A DNA stretch of 64,000 bases from Eubacteriales bacterium (GCA_045124505.1 JBGVLZ010000039.1:23110-87109), one strand, 5' to 3'; positions 44,793-53,956 are shown, numbered from the stretch's first letter. Notes: a model not told the origin generated them from the letters alone. Numbers and translations are program-made.

Positions 44793-44868
44793 AGAATAAA
44801 TATTCAAAAAAATGCATGGGGCGACTTATTTTGGGAGTTATTTCCTTAAATGAGCCAGCCCCATTTTT

Positions 44869-46275
44869 TTATTCTTTTCCGTTCCAGCAATATGTGCAAA
44901 GCTTATCTGCGGGAAGTCCCGTTGCTTCAATCATATCATCAAGTCTGTGGTAGCGTAAGGATGTAAAGTGAAGCTCACGCCGTATGACCTCGATCATTTT
45001 TGCATATCTTTCAGATTCGGGATCAGCATATTCCTCAAGTATCTCACGTGACGGCTCACCGCCCTCAAGCTCTCTTATTACACGTCTTGTTATAAGCTCC
45101 ATTTCAGATGTTGAGCGTGAGAAATTAAGATACTTACAACTGAAAAGTATAGGCGGACAGCCAAGTCTTATATGTACCTCTTCAGCTCCGCTTTCGTAAA
45201 GAAATTCCGTTGTTTCACCGAGCTGTGTACCTCTCACGATAGAGTCATCGATAAGAAGCAGTTTTTTCTTATCTATAAGATCGTGAATTGCAATAAGCTT
45301 CATCTTTGCAATAAGATTTCGCTTCACTTGGTTCGGGGGCATAAATGAACGGGGCCACGTAGGTGTATACTTTATAAAAGGTCTTGCATAAGGTATTCCC
45401 GATTCACCAGCATATCCGATAGCATGGGCAATTCCCGAATCGGGAATACCTGCGACGATATCGGGCTTTGCATCATCACGCTTTGACAAAAGCTCACCGC
45501 ATTTATAACGTACCTTTTCAACGCTGATGCCTTCGTATGACGATGACGGATAACCGTAATATATCCACAAAAATGTGCATATTTTCATTTCTTTTCCCGC
45601 TTCTGCCAGCGTTTTGACCCCGTCAACAGTCATGACAACTATCTCACCGGGACCAAGCTCCTTATAGCTTTTATATCCGAGGTTAAGATATGCAAAGCTT
45701 TCAAAGCTTGCGCAGTAGCCGTCAGAACGCTCACCTATCGATACAGGTGTTCTTCCGAGCTTATCACGCGCGGCATATACGCCCTTCGGTGTCAGTATCA
45801 GCATACTTACGGAGCCGTCTATTATTTCCTGTGCGTATTTTATTCCGTCAATGAAATTTTCCTTTTGGTTGATAATTGCCGCAACGAGCTCCGTTGGGTT
45901 GATATCCCCGCTTCTCATTTCAAAGAAATGTGTTTTGCCTGCAATTATTTCATCGACTATTTCATTTGCGTTGTTGATCTTACCGACTGTAGTTATGGCA
46001 TATGTGCCGTGATGTGAACGAACAAGTATGGGTTGCGGCTCATAATCCGAAATACACCCTATTCCCATAGTGCCTTTCATAGAAACGGATTCGGATGCAA
46101 ATTTCGTTCTGAAAGGGGAATTTTCTATATTATGTATTGCCCTGTCAAAGCCCGCCTGCGCATCGTATGTCGCCATACCCGCACGGCGTGTACCTAAATG
46201 CGAATGATAGTCCGTACCGTAAAAAAGCTCAAAAACACAGTCTTCCTTTGAAACCACACCAAAAAAACCGCCCAT
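44869..46275 (-). CDS. amidophosphoribosyltransferase-like protein lacking the N-terminal nucleophile Cys
   Basis: Ntn-amidotransferase plus PRTase architecture (LLLIDDSIVRGTQ PRPP loop), but the N-terminus is MGGFFGV instead of (M)CG[IV]FG. Confidence 0.7.
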   Translation of the reverse strand: MGGFFGVVSKEDCVFELFYGTDYHSHLGTRRAGMATYDAQAGFDRAIHNIENSPFRTKFASESVSMKGTMGIGCISDYEPQPILVRSHHGTYAITTVGKINNANEIVDEIIAGKTHFFEMRSGDINPTELVAAIINQKENFIDGIKYAQEIIDGSVSMLILTPKGVYAARDKLGRTPVSIGERSDGYCASFESFAYLNLGYKSYKELGPGEIVVMTVDGVKTLAEAGKEMKICTFLWIYYGYPSSSYEGISVEKVRYKCGELLSKRDDAKPDIVAGIPDSGIAHAIGYAGESGIPYARPFIKYTPTWPRSFMPPNQVKRNLIAKMKLIAIHDLIDKKKLLLIDDSIVRGTQLGETTEFLYESGAEEVHIRLGCPPILFSCKYLNFSRSTSEMELITRRVIRELEGGEPSREILEEYADPESERYAKMIEVIRRELHFTSLRYHRLDDMIEATGLPADKLCTYCWNGKE

Positions 46276-46313
46276 ATGCTCGCCCTGCCTTATATGTAAT
46301 TTTTGATGTAGCC

Positions 46314-46342
46314 ATTATATAATACCTTTTCACAAAAGTCAA
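46314..46342 (-). promoter_or_regulatory. promoter of the purF-like gene
   Basis: Minus strand TTGACT-17 nt-TATAAT. Confidence 0.6.
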
Positions 46343-46359
46343 CATTTGTACTTTAATTT

Positions 46360-46402
46360 CTGTAAAATAATATCACTCCCCTGCCGATTGGCAGAGGAGT
46401 GA
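46360..46402 (-). terminator. terminator of the DUF1893 operon
   Basis: TCACTCCTCTGCC-AATC-GGCAGGGGAGTGA followed by a U-rich tract on the minus strand. Confidence 0.75.
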
Positions 46403-46405
46403 ATA

Positions 46406-46837
46406 TCAGGTAATATGTTTTGACAAATTTTCAAGGGTAATTCTTATAGCTTCAAGCGCACGTGTACTGTCGTCAATGTCAAGCGTTGCCGATTCTATCG
46501 GGCATCTGCCTGTTTTACTGCGGTTTTTGATTTCATCGCACACAGTACCGTATTCAACGCTGACGTTGTTTTTAACAAGCAAGTCAAGCGCAGGTGCGCT
46601 TATTACCTCGGCATACAGATGCTCAGGCTTCAAAAGCACATATAAATGTGCCGCACCTTTACCGACAACCTTATCGGCACAGTAAAAGCCTTCAAGGCTT
46701 TCTTTTGCATCGATCAGAGACAGCAGAGGCTTTACCCCTCTTTCCGTGCTTGTTTTTATTTTTTCGCCGCAAACACCGACAAAGGTAAATCCCTCCGATA
46801 TAAGTGCCCTTACCTGTGAAATTTCGTTGTTATTCAT
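46406..46837 (-). CDS. DUF1893 (TM1506-like) domain protein
   Basis: 143 aa; resemblance to the TM1506 family by recollection (ADKVVGKGAAHL, TGRCPIE). Confidence 0.55.
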   Translation of the reverse strand: MNNNEISQVRALISEGFTFVGVCGEKIKTSTERGVKPLLSLIDAKESLEGFYCADKVVGKGAAHLYVLLKPEHLYAEVISAPALDLLVKNNVSVEYGTVCDEIKNRSKTGRCPIESATLDIDDSTRALEAIRITLENLSKHIT

Positions 46838-47369
46838 TGATTTTTCTTACTATAAACGGAACTGCAATAAGCTGTAAAGCAATGCCGGGAAGTCCCATAA
46901 TTACGCTTGTATATATGATTTTTGCCTGCAAGGGCGAATCCAAAAATCCTATAGCTGTGAGTAGTGCAAGTGCCTTTACAGCACGTCCTAAAAGCTGAAC
47001 TGCGCCTACCTTCAAAACAGAGTTAAAACGCATATTGCTTAAAATACCGGAGAAAAATCCGTATGCGCAAAGCTCGATAACCATAAACGGAAGCATAACA
47101 GCAGTCGGCATGCTTGTCAGCGCAAAGCTCAGAACAGGTGCCGCAATACCTGTTACAGCACCGTACACAGGGCCAAGCACGAAGCCTGCAGCCATTACAA
47201 AAATGTGCATCGGTAAAAATATTTCGCCTACATTTGTTCCAATGTGTAAAACATGGCCGAGAGCATGCAAAAGCCACGGCAGAATGACTGATGCGGAAAT
47301 AGCTGCGAATGTTAATAAAGTCTTTCTTTTAAAAGACATTGACTGTCTGATAGAAACTGTATTTTTCAT
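46830..47369 (-). CDS. ECF-transporter S-component-like membrane protein (ThiW-like)
   Basis: 5-6 TM, LPMHIFVMAAGFVLGPVYG motif. It overlaps the downstream gene by 8 nt. Confidence 0.55.
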   Translation of the reverse strand: MKNTVSIRQSMSFKRKTLLTFAAISASVILPWLLHALGHVLHIGTNVGEIFLPMHIFVMAAGFVLGPVYGAVTGIAAPVLSFALTSMPTAVMLPFMVIELCAYGFFSGILSNMRFNSVLKVGAVQLLGRAVKALALLTAIGFLDSPLQAKIIYTSVIMGLPGIALQLIAVPFIVRKINE

Positions 47370-47380
47370 AATTGACCTCC

Positions 47381-48493
47381 TTAGTCAAACACTTCTGAAA
47401 CATTCTTCAAAAATTCTCTTATGGGAAGCTTTTGCGGGCAGTGCTCCTCGCACATACCGCATTCTATACAAACAGAGGCTTTACCGTTTGTTTCCGATAC
47501 TTTTCTGTATCTTTCTTTCATGTGCCCCATTTTCGGCAAGCCGAAACGCTTGCTGTCATTATATATTGCAAAATACTCGGGAATTGCAATATTCATGGGA
47601 CAGTCATCAACACAGTAACGGCAGGCTGTGCATTTTATCGGTATATCTTTTCTGATTATTTCCGCACATTCCAGTGTGAGCTTCATTTCGTCATCTGTCA
47701 GCGGTACAAAATCCTTCATATAGCTGATATTGTCGTTTATCTGTTCTTCGTTGCTCATACCCGAAAGCACCATAACTACCTCGTCAAGCGATGCGGCAAA
47801 ACGGATAGCCCATGACGGAACAGACATATCAGGCTCTTTATCCTTCAAAAGCTTCTTAGCATTTTCCGAAATATCAACAAGTGCACCGCCCTTTACAGGC
47901 TCCATTACAAGCACGGGCTTACCGTGTTTTACAGCCACCTCATAGCACTGACGGGACTGAATTACATCATCCTCCCAGTCAAGATAATTTATCTGGAGCT
48001 GAACGTATTCAATTTCAGGATGCTCCGTAAGTATCGTGTCAAGTATATCCGCAGTATCATGGAATGAAAATCCTATATGCTTTACCTTTCCCTGCTCTTT
48101 AAGCTTCGCAACAAACTCAAATGCGCCGAATTCCTGCGCTTTCTTGTAAGAATTTCTCGAAAGCGAATGAACAAGATATATATCAACGTAGTCAACGCCC
48201 AGCTTTTCAAGCTGTCGGTCGAAAAATCCCTGCATGTCCTCTGCTTTTTCTATCATAAAAAGGCTGAGCTTATCAGTTACGGTATACGCATTTCTGGGAT
48301 ATCTGTCAGCAACGGCTTTTTTGAACACGACCTCACTCATACCGCCGTGGTACGGTGCGGCGGTATCAAAATATGTAAAACCGTTTTCAATAAAAGTATC
48401 TACCATTTTGCAGACACGGTTAATGTCTATTTCAGGCTTTTCGGTATTTTCTGTCATAGGCAAGCGCATAAGTCCGAATGCTAATTTTTTCAT
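47381..48493 (-). CDS. aldo/keto reductase with a C-terminal 2x[4Fe-4S] ferredoxin domain
   Basis: AKR N-terminus (GLMRLP, YHGG) and CTACRYCVDDCP / CIECGMCEEHCP. Confidence 0.8.
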   Translation of the reverse strand: MKKLAFGLMRLPMTENTEKPEIDINRVCKMVDTFIENGFTYFDTAAPYHGGMSEVVFKKAVADRYPRNAYTVTDKLSLFMIEKAEDMQGFFDRQLEKLGVDYVDIYLVHSLSRNSYKKAQEFGAFEFVAKLKEQGKVKHIGFSFHDTADILDTILTEHPEIEYVQLQINYLDWEDDVIQSRQCYEVAVKHGKPVLVMEPVKGGALVDISENAKKLLKDKEPDMSVPSWAIRFAASLDEVVMVLSGMSNEEQINDNISYMKDFVPLTDDEMKLTLECAEIIRKDIPIKCTACRYCVDDCPMNIAIPEYFAIYNDSKRFGLPKMGHMKERYRKVSETNGKASVCIECGMCEEHCPQKLPIREFLKNVSEVFD

Positions 48494-48505
48494 AATTTAC
48501 CTCCG

Positions 48506-49207
48506 TTATTTTAAAAATTCAAAAAGGTCTTCGAATGTGCCCGACGGACAATCAGGCATTTCACCGCCGCATATAAGGCAGTCAGTCAACAAAAACGATG
48601 AAAATCCGAGAGTCATGGAGGCTTTTGCATCCTCCTCGGCATTATTGCCTATCATAAGGCACTTTTCGGGATTCAGCGAAAATTTTTCCGCAATTTCTTC
48701 AAAATATTTCGGATTCGGCTTGCAGTAATGTGAATTTGTATAGTCTGTTGCATAGTCGAAATCTTCATATTTCAACCCCGTCCACTGCAGTCTTGCCTTG
48801 ACTGCCACTGTCGGGAACATCGGGTTCGTTGCAAGAATGATCTTATCAGCACATTTTTTGGCATATTCAACAGCTTTTTTCGCATTTGGTGTCGGGAAAG
48901 TATATTTTACCGCTTCATTGAATCGTCCGCTGTAAAATGCATCAAAAAGCGGTATATCATCGTACACCTTTTGTCCGAGTGTATCTGAAAATGTTTTCCA
49001 GAAAGCATCGGAATTTGTTACGCTTCCGTCGTTTTTAACCATTGAGGCAACACCGCGCCACATAGCAGGCAGAAGCGTTTGCTCACAGTAACCGTATTTT
49101 TCCATTTCTTCGGCAAGTGTGTGCAAATACCCCTTTGAAAATGTATCCATATCCATAGGAAGAAGTGTTCCGTCAAGGTCAAAAAGGATAGCTTCGTATT
49201 TTTTCAT
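48506..49207 (-). CDS. HAD-superfamily hydrolase
   Basis: ILFDLDGTL motif I and a C-terminal GNNAEED. Confidence 0.8.
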   Translation of the reverse strand: MKKYEAILFDLDGTLLPMDMDTFSKGYLHTLAEEMEKYGYCEQTLLPAMWRGVASMVKNDGSVTNSDAFWKTFSDTLGQKVYDDIPLFDAFYSGRFNEAVKYTFPTPNAKKAVEYAKKCADKIILATNPMFPTVAVKARLQWTGLKYEDFDYATDYTNSHYCKPNPKYFEEIAEKFSLNPEKCLMIGNNAEEDAKASMTLGFSSFLLTDCLICGGEMPDCPSGTFEDLFEFLK

Positions 49208-49283
49208 CGTTTACCTCCCTTTACGTGTATGAAAATATTTTACAGTATTTATGCGGCTTTGTCAATATTTTTCTCAAAAACAC

Positions 49284-49312
49284 TTGACATGGTTTTCAAA
49301 AACTGATATAAT
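49284..49312 (+). promoter_or_regulatory. consensus promoter of degV
   Basis: TTGACA-17 nt-TATAAT. Confidence 0.7.
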
Positions 49313-49357
49313 GGTTATGGTTTTAAAAAACAGATAATGGAATATGGGGAACGAATT

Positions 49358-50191
49358 ATGTCGAAATATAAAATTATAAGCGATTCATCGTCGGATATCA
49401 AAGAGATTTCAGACGTTGCATTTTCATCTGTTCCGCTGAAAATAAGCACAGCAGAAAAGGAATTTTGCGATGACAAATCGCTTGACCTTAACGAAATGCT
49501 GACATACCTTGAAAAATACAAGGGCAGATCGGGCTCTGCATGTCCGAATACAAGTGAGTGGCTGGAAGCATTTGAAAATTACGAAAATATTTTCTGCATC
49601 GCCATCACAAGTTCCCTTTCGGGCAGTTACAATTCCGCAGTCAGTGCCGCAAAGGATTATACCGAGATGCACAAGGACAGAAATGTGCTTGTCTTAGATT
49701 CACTTTCAACGGGTCCCGAATGTGCGCTTATAATTGAAAAGCTGAAGGAGCTTATAACAGCAGGCAAAGCCTTTGATGAAATATCGGAAGAGATAACAGA
49801 ATACAGAAAACATACACATCTTCTGTTCGCACTTGAGTCTATGCATAACCTTGCAAACAACGGCAGGGTCAGTCCCATTGTTGCAAAGCTTGCAGGCGTG
49901 CTTGGTATTAGAATAGTGGGCAAAGCAAGTGAGGAGGGAACTCTTGAAATAATAAACAAATCAAGAGGGGCTAAAAAAATGCTTGAAGACATAGTTGATA
50001 ACATGAAAAAGATGGGGTGCTCCGGCAAGGTTTTCATTCACCATTGTGAAAATGGAAGCACAGCAAAAAAGATAGAAGAGCTGGTAAAAGAAAATTTCAC
50101 AAACACAGCAGTGAAAATATCACCGGTCGGCGGTCTATGCGGTTTTTATGCCGAGCGCGGCGGCATTCTCATAGGCTTTGAGGGCGAATAA
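49358..50191 (+). CDS. DegV-family fatty-acid-binding protein
   Basis: MSKYKIISDSSSD N-terminus typical of DegV. Start moved to the second ATG, downstream of the predicted TSS. Confidence 0.85.
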   Translation: MSKYKIISDSSSDIKEISDVAFSSVPLKISTAEKEFCDDKSLDLNEMLTYLEKYKGRSGSACPNTSEWLEAFENYENIFCIAITSSLSGSYNSAVSAAKDYTEMHKDRNVLVLDSLSTGPECALIIEKLKELITAGKAFDEISEEITEYRKHTHLLFALESMHNLANNGRVSPIVAKLAGVLGIRIVGKASEEGTLEIINKSRGAKKMLEDIVDNMKKMGCSGKVFIHHCENGSTAKKIEELVKENFTNTAVKISPVGGLCGFYAERGGILIGFEGE

Positions 50192-50209
50192 TAAAAGAAT
50201 GATCTATAT

Positions 50210-50240
50210 AAAACGGTGAGAAAAATTCTCACCGTTTTAT
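50210..50240 (+). terminator. degV terminator
   Basis: AAAACGGTGAG-AAAAATT-CTCACCGTTTT. Confidence 0.8.
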
Positions 50241-50413
50241 AACAAGCACAGCATTTTAAAAATTACGTTTCACATGATGTTTTTCTTTATAAAGCAAAAA
50301 TATTTCCCGCATTACGTTATGGTGCAAAAAGTTAAACAATGTATCTTTTTTGACTTGCTTTTACATCATTTGAAAATAATTTTGGAAGTATAAGAAAATT
50401 TTGCGTTTTTATA

Positions 50414-50442
50414 TTTACATTTTACGCATTTTGTTGTATAAT
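50414..50442 (+). promoter_or_regulatory. promoter of the pduL / NifU-like / GGGtGRT operon
   Basis: TTTACA-17 nt-TATAAT, 34 nt upstream of the pduL ATG. Confidence 0.6.
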
Positions 50443-50476
50443 ACCAAGAGTTAATAAATAAAAAGGAGATAGATCA

Positions 50477-51049
50477 ATGGCAAACAAAATTTTAGTTGAA
50501 ACATCTGCACGCCACGTTCATCTTACAAGAGAACACGTTGAGATCCTTTTCGGTAAGGGTGCAACACTTACACACAAGAAGGACTTGAGCCAGCCCGGTC
50601 AGTTCGCTTGCGAAGAAAGAGTAACTATTTCAGGCCCCAAGAAGGATATCCCCAACGTAATTATCCTCGGTCCGGAAAGACCTGCATCCCAGGTTGAAAT
50701 TTCATTCACAGACGCTCGTACACTCGGCGTTACAGCTCCTGTTAAGGAAAGCGGCGACGTTGCAGGCACACCCGGCGTAAAGCTCGTTGGCCCCTGCGGC
50801 GAAGTTGAGCTTAACGAAGGTGTTATCATCGCAAAGCGTCACATCCACATGACACCCGAAGATGCTGCAGCTCTCGGCGTTGAGGACAAGCAGATCGTAA
50901 GCGTTAAGGTTGATTCCGAACGTACAACGATCTTCGGTGACACAGTTGTTCGTGTAAGCCCCAAGTTTGCACTTGCAATGCACATCGACACAGATGAATC
51001 AAATGCTGCATGCGCTTTCGGCACATGCTACGGTGAGATCGTAAAATAA
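50477..51049 (+). CDS. pduL: PduL-type phosphate acyltransferase (phosphotransacylase)
   Basis: Duplicated signature SARHVHL / AKRHIHM, length 190 aa. Confidence 0.85.
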   Translation: MANKILVETSARHVHLTREHVEILFGKGATLTHKKDLSQPGQFACEERVTISGPKKDIPNVIILGPERPASQVEISFTDARTLGVTAPVKESGDVAGTPGVKLVGPCGEVELNEGVIIAKRHIHMTPEDAAALGVEDKQIVSVKVDSERTTIFGDTVVRVSPKFALAMHIDTDESNAACAFGTCYGEIVK

Positions 51050-51073
51050 TCATCTTAAAAGGAGATATATAAA

Positions 51074-51775
51074 ATGGCTGAATTACAGTATTCAAATGAA
51101 GTACAGCATATGTGTAAGGTCGCTAAAGGCCCCCACCACGGTCCTGCTCCCATTCCCGAAGAAGGCAAATGGGTAAAGGTTTATGAGATCAAGGATATTT
51201 CCGGTCTTTCCCACGGTATCGGCTGGTGCGCTCCTCAGCAGGGTACATGTAAGCTTACACTTAATGTAAAAGAAGGTATCATTGAAGAAGCTCTCGTTGA
51301 AACACTCGGTTGCTCCGGTATGACACACTCCGCAGCTATGGCTGCTGAAATCCTCCAGGGCAAGACACTTCTCGAAGCTCTTAATACTGACCTTGTTTGC
51401 GATGCTATCAACGTTGCTATGCGTGAGATCTTCAAGCAGCTCGTTTACGGTAGATCACAGACAGCTTTCTCCGAAAACGGTCTTCCCGTTGGTGCTTCTC
51501 TCGAAGACCTCGGTAAGGGTCTGCGTTCACAGGTAGGTACGATCTTCGCTACAAAGGAAAAGGGTGTTCGTTACCTTGAAATGGCAGAAGGTTATATACT
51601 TTCCCTCGCACTTGACGCAAATGACGAAGTTTGCGGATACAAGTTCGTTCACCTCGGCAAGATGATGGAAGCTATATCCAACGGTACAGATGCTGCTGAA
51701 GCTTATGAAAAGAACATCAAGACTTACGGCAGATACGACGGTGCGGCTAAATACATCAACCCCAGAAAGCAGTAA
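51074..51775 (+). CDS. NifU/IscU-N-like Fe-S scaffold-domain protein with a ~100-aa C-terminal extension
   Basis: Three Cys in IscU-like context: GIGWCAPQQGTCKL...LGCSGMTHSAAMAAE. Confidence 0.65.
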   Translation: MAELQYSNEVQHMCKVAKGPHHGPAPIPEEGKWVKVYEIKDISGLSHGIGWCAPQQGTCKLTLNVKEGIIEEALVETLGCSGMTHSAAMAAEILQGKTLLEALNTDLVCDAINVAMREIFKQLVYGRSQTAFSENGLPVGASLEDLGKGLRSQVGTIFATKEKGVRYLEMAEGYILSLALDANDEVCGYKFVHLGKMMEAISNGTDAAEAYEKNIKTYGRYDGAAKYINPRKQ

Positions 51776-51789
51776 TGGAGGGCAGACAA

Positions 51790-52788
51790 ATGATAAGATT
51801 TGAAGGATATGAAAGAAGAATCGCCGGAATCGAAGCTTGCATGGCTGAATACGGCATTAAGGATCTTGAAGAAGCAAGAGATATCTGCCTTGCAAAGGGT
51901 ATCAATGTTGAAGATATCGTTAAAGGCGTTCAGCCCATCGCATTTGAAAACGCTGTTTGGGCTTATACACTCGGTTGCGCTGTTGCAATCAAAAAGGGAG
52001 TAAAAAATGCTGCTGATGCCGCTGAAGCTATCGGTATCGGTCTTCAGGCATTCTGCATCCCCGGCTCTGTTGCCGCTAACCGTAAGGTTGGTCTCGGCCA
52101 CGGTAACCTCGGCGCAATGCTTCTGCGCGAAGAAACAAAGTGCTTCTGCTTCTTGGCAGGTCACGAATCATTTGCGGCTGCTGAAGGTGCTATCGGTATC
52201 GCAAGAAGTGCAAACAAGGTAAGAAAAGAACCCCTCCAGGTTATTCTTAACGGTCTTGGCAAGGATGCCGCTTATATCATCTCCAGAATCAACGGCTTCA
52301 CATACGTTGAAACTGATTATGATTTCTACTCTGACGAGCTTACAGTTAAGCGCACTATCGCTTATTCCGACGGCGAACGCTCCAAGGTAAGATGCTACGG
52401 CGCTAACGACGTTCTCGAAGGCGTTGCAATCATGAAGAAGGAAGCTGTTGACGTTTCCATCACAGGTAACTCAACTAACCCCACAAGATTCCAGCACCTC
52501 GTTGCAGGCACATACAAGAAGTGGGCTATCGAAAACGATAAGAAGTACTTCTCCGTTGCATCAGGCGGCGGTACAGGCAGAACACTTCACCCCGATAACA
52601 TGGCTGCAGGTCCTGCTTCCTACGGTCTTACAGACTCTATGGGACGTATGCACGGCGATGCGCAGTTCGCAGGTTCTTCCTCCGTTCCCGCACACGTTGA
52701 AATGATGGGTCTCATCGGCGCAGGTAACAACCCCATGGTTGGTATGACAGTTGCTTGTGCTGTTGCTATCGAAGAAGCAAGCAAATAA
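51790..52788 (+). CDS. uncharacterised GGGtGRT-motif protein
   Basis: SGGGTGRTLHPDNMAAGPASYG motif. Start set to MIRFEGY (GGAGGG SD, 7-nt spacing). The family name is recalled from NCBI annotation and has no known function. Confidence 0.6.
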   Translation: MIRFEGYERRIAGIEACMAEYGIKDLEEARDICLAKGINVEDIVKGVQPIAFENAVWAYTLGCAVAIKKGVKNAADAAEAIGIGLQAFCIPGSVAANRKVGLGHGNLGAMLLREETKCFCFLAGHESFAAAEGAIGIARSANKVRKEPLQVILNGLGKDAAYIISRINGFTYVETDYDFYSDELTVKRTIAYSDGERSKVRCYGANDVLEGVAIMKKEAVDVSITGNSTNPTRFQHLVAGTYKKWAIENDKKYFSVASGGGTGRTLHPDNMAAGPASYGLTDSMGRMHGDAQFAGSSSVPAHVEMMGLIGAGNNPMVGMTVACAVAIEEASK

Positions 52789-52802
52789 TCTGTAATTTAT
52801 TT

Positions 52803-52840
52803 AAAAGAGTCTTGGAATTTCAAGACTCTTTTGTTTATGT
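52803..52840 (+). terminator. operon terminator
   Basis: AAAAGAGTCTTG-GAATTT-CAAGACTCTTTT followed by GTTTATGTTT. Confidence 0.8.
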
Positions 52841-52846
52841 TTCCGT

Positions 52847-52919
52847 GCGCCCTGTCCGCCCCCCCGCAGTTGACAAAGTCAACTGCCCACGGACAAAGGG
52901 CGCATATTTCCTGCGGAAA
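52847..52919 (-). repeat. nested-palindrome repeat, copy B (inverted relative to A and C)
   Basis: Minus strand reads TTTCC-GCA-GGAAA, then TAT, then GCGCCCT..GTCCG..CAG-[TTGAC-TTT-GTCAA]-CTG..CGGAC-AGGGCGC. Confidence 0.8.
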
Positions 52920-52999
52920 TATATAATATTACCTTTTTTTTATTGACATAACGAAACTTTTGTAGTATAAAAATAGTAGGTACAAACAGGAGGATCAAT

Positions 53000-53890
53000 A
53001 TGGTTATTTCAACTGCAATTTCCATTATACGTGACCGTTTCGGAAACAAAAAGGCGATAAAAATGTTATCGGATGCGGGATTTAAAACGCTTGACTGTTC
53101 CCTTTTCGAAATGGCTTATTATGACAGCCCTTTCAACTCAGAAAATTGGGAAAAAGAAGCACGAGAGCTGAAGGCATATTCAGACTCACTCGGAATTACG
53201 TTCAATCAGGCGCATTTACCTTTCAATTTCAAGTGGAACGAGGAGGGCGAATGGGAGCGTTTCATCGGCCCTGCGCATTACAGAGCACTTGAGATCTGCG
53301 GAATTATGGGTGTAAAATACGTTGTTGCGCACCCTATACATCACATGGAATATCTCGGTCACGAAGAAGAAGTATATGAATACAATATGCGCTTTTTCCG
53401 CACGATGATACCTTACTGCGAGAAGTACGGATACAAGATATGTATTGAAAACATGTGGCAGTTCGAAGCGAAAACAAGACGACTCGGACACGATTCCTGC
53501 TCGCACATGGAAGAACTCATTCGTTATATCGACGGTCTTGGCGGAACGGAGCATTTTGCGGCTTGTCTTGACCTCGGTCACACAACGATCGTCGGCTTTG
53601 AGCCGCAGGATTGCATACGAAAGCTCGGTCATGAGTATCTGTATGCTCTCCACGTTCACGATAACGATTATATGAGCGACAGGCACGACCTGCCAGGTCA
53701 AGGAAAAATAGACTGGGAAGAGGTCTGCCGTGCGCTCGGTGAAATAGATTACGTCGGCGACTTTACATACGAATCAAGTAATTTCCAAAGACACGTTCCT
53801 GAGGATATGCTCCCCATATCGTTTAAATATATGCTCGACGTTGCTAAGCATCTTACAAACAAAATCGACAGCTACAGACCGAAAAAATAA
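53000..53890 (+). CDS. sugar phosphate isomerase/epimerase (xylose-isomerase-like TIM barrel)
   Basis: AP_endonuc_2-like metal motifs (VVAHP, ICIENM, LDLGH, LHVHDN). Confidence 0.8.
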   Translation: MVISTAISIIRDRFGNKKAIKMLSDAGFKTLDCSLFEMAYYDSPFNSENWEKEARELKAYSDSLGITFNQAHLPFNFKWNEEGEWERFIGPAHYRALEICGIMGVKYVVAHPIHHMEYLGHEEEVYEYNMRFFRTMIPYCEKYGYKICIENMWQFEAKTRRLGHDSCSHMEELIRYIDGLGGTEHFAACLDLGHTTIVGFEPQDCIRKLGHEYLYALHVHDNDYMSDRHDLPGQGKIDWEEVCRALGEIDYVGDFTYESSNFQRHVPEDMLPISFKYMLDVAKHLTNKIDSYRPKK

Positions 53891-53908
53891 ACTGTAAATT
53901 ATAAAATC

Positions 53909-53947
53909 AGCAGGCTCATTTTGAAAACGAGCCTGCTCCTTTTATTT
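53909..53947 (+). terminator. terminator of the isomerase gene
   Basis: AGCAGGCTC...GAGCCTGCT followed by CCTTTTATTT. Confidence 0.75.
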
Positions 53948-53956
53948 ATATTGTAA

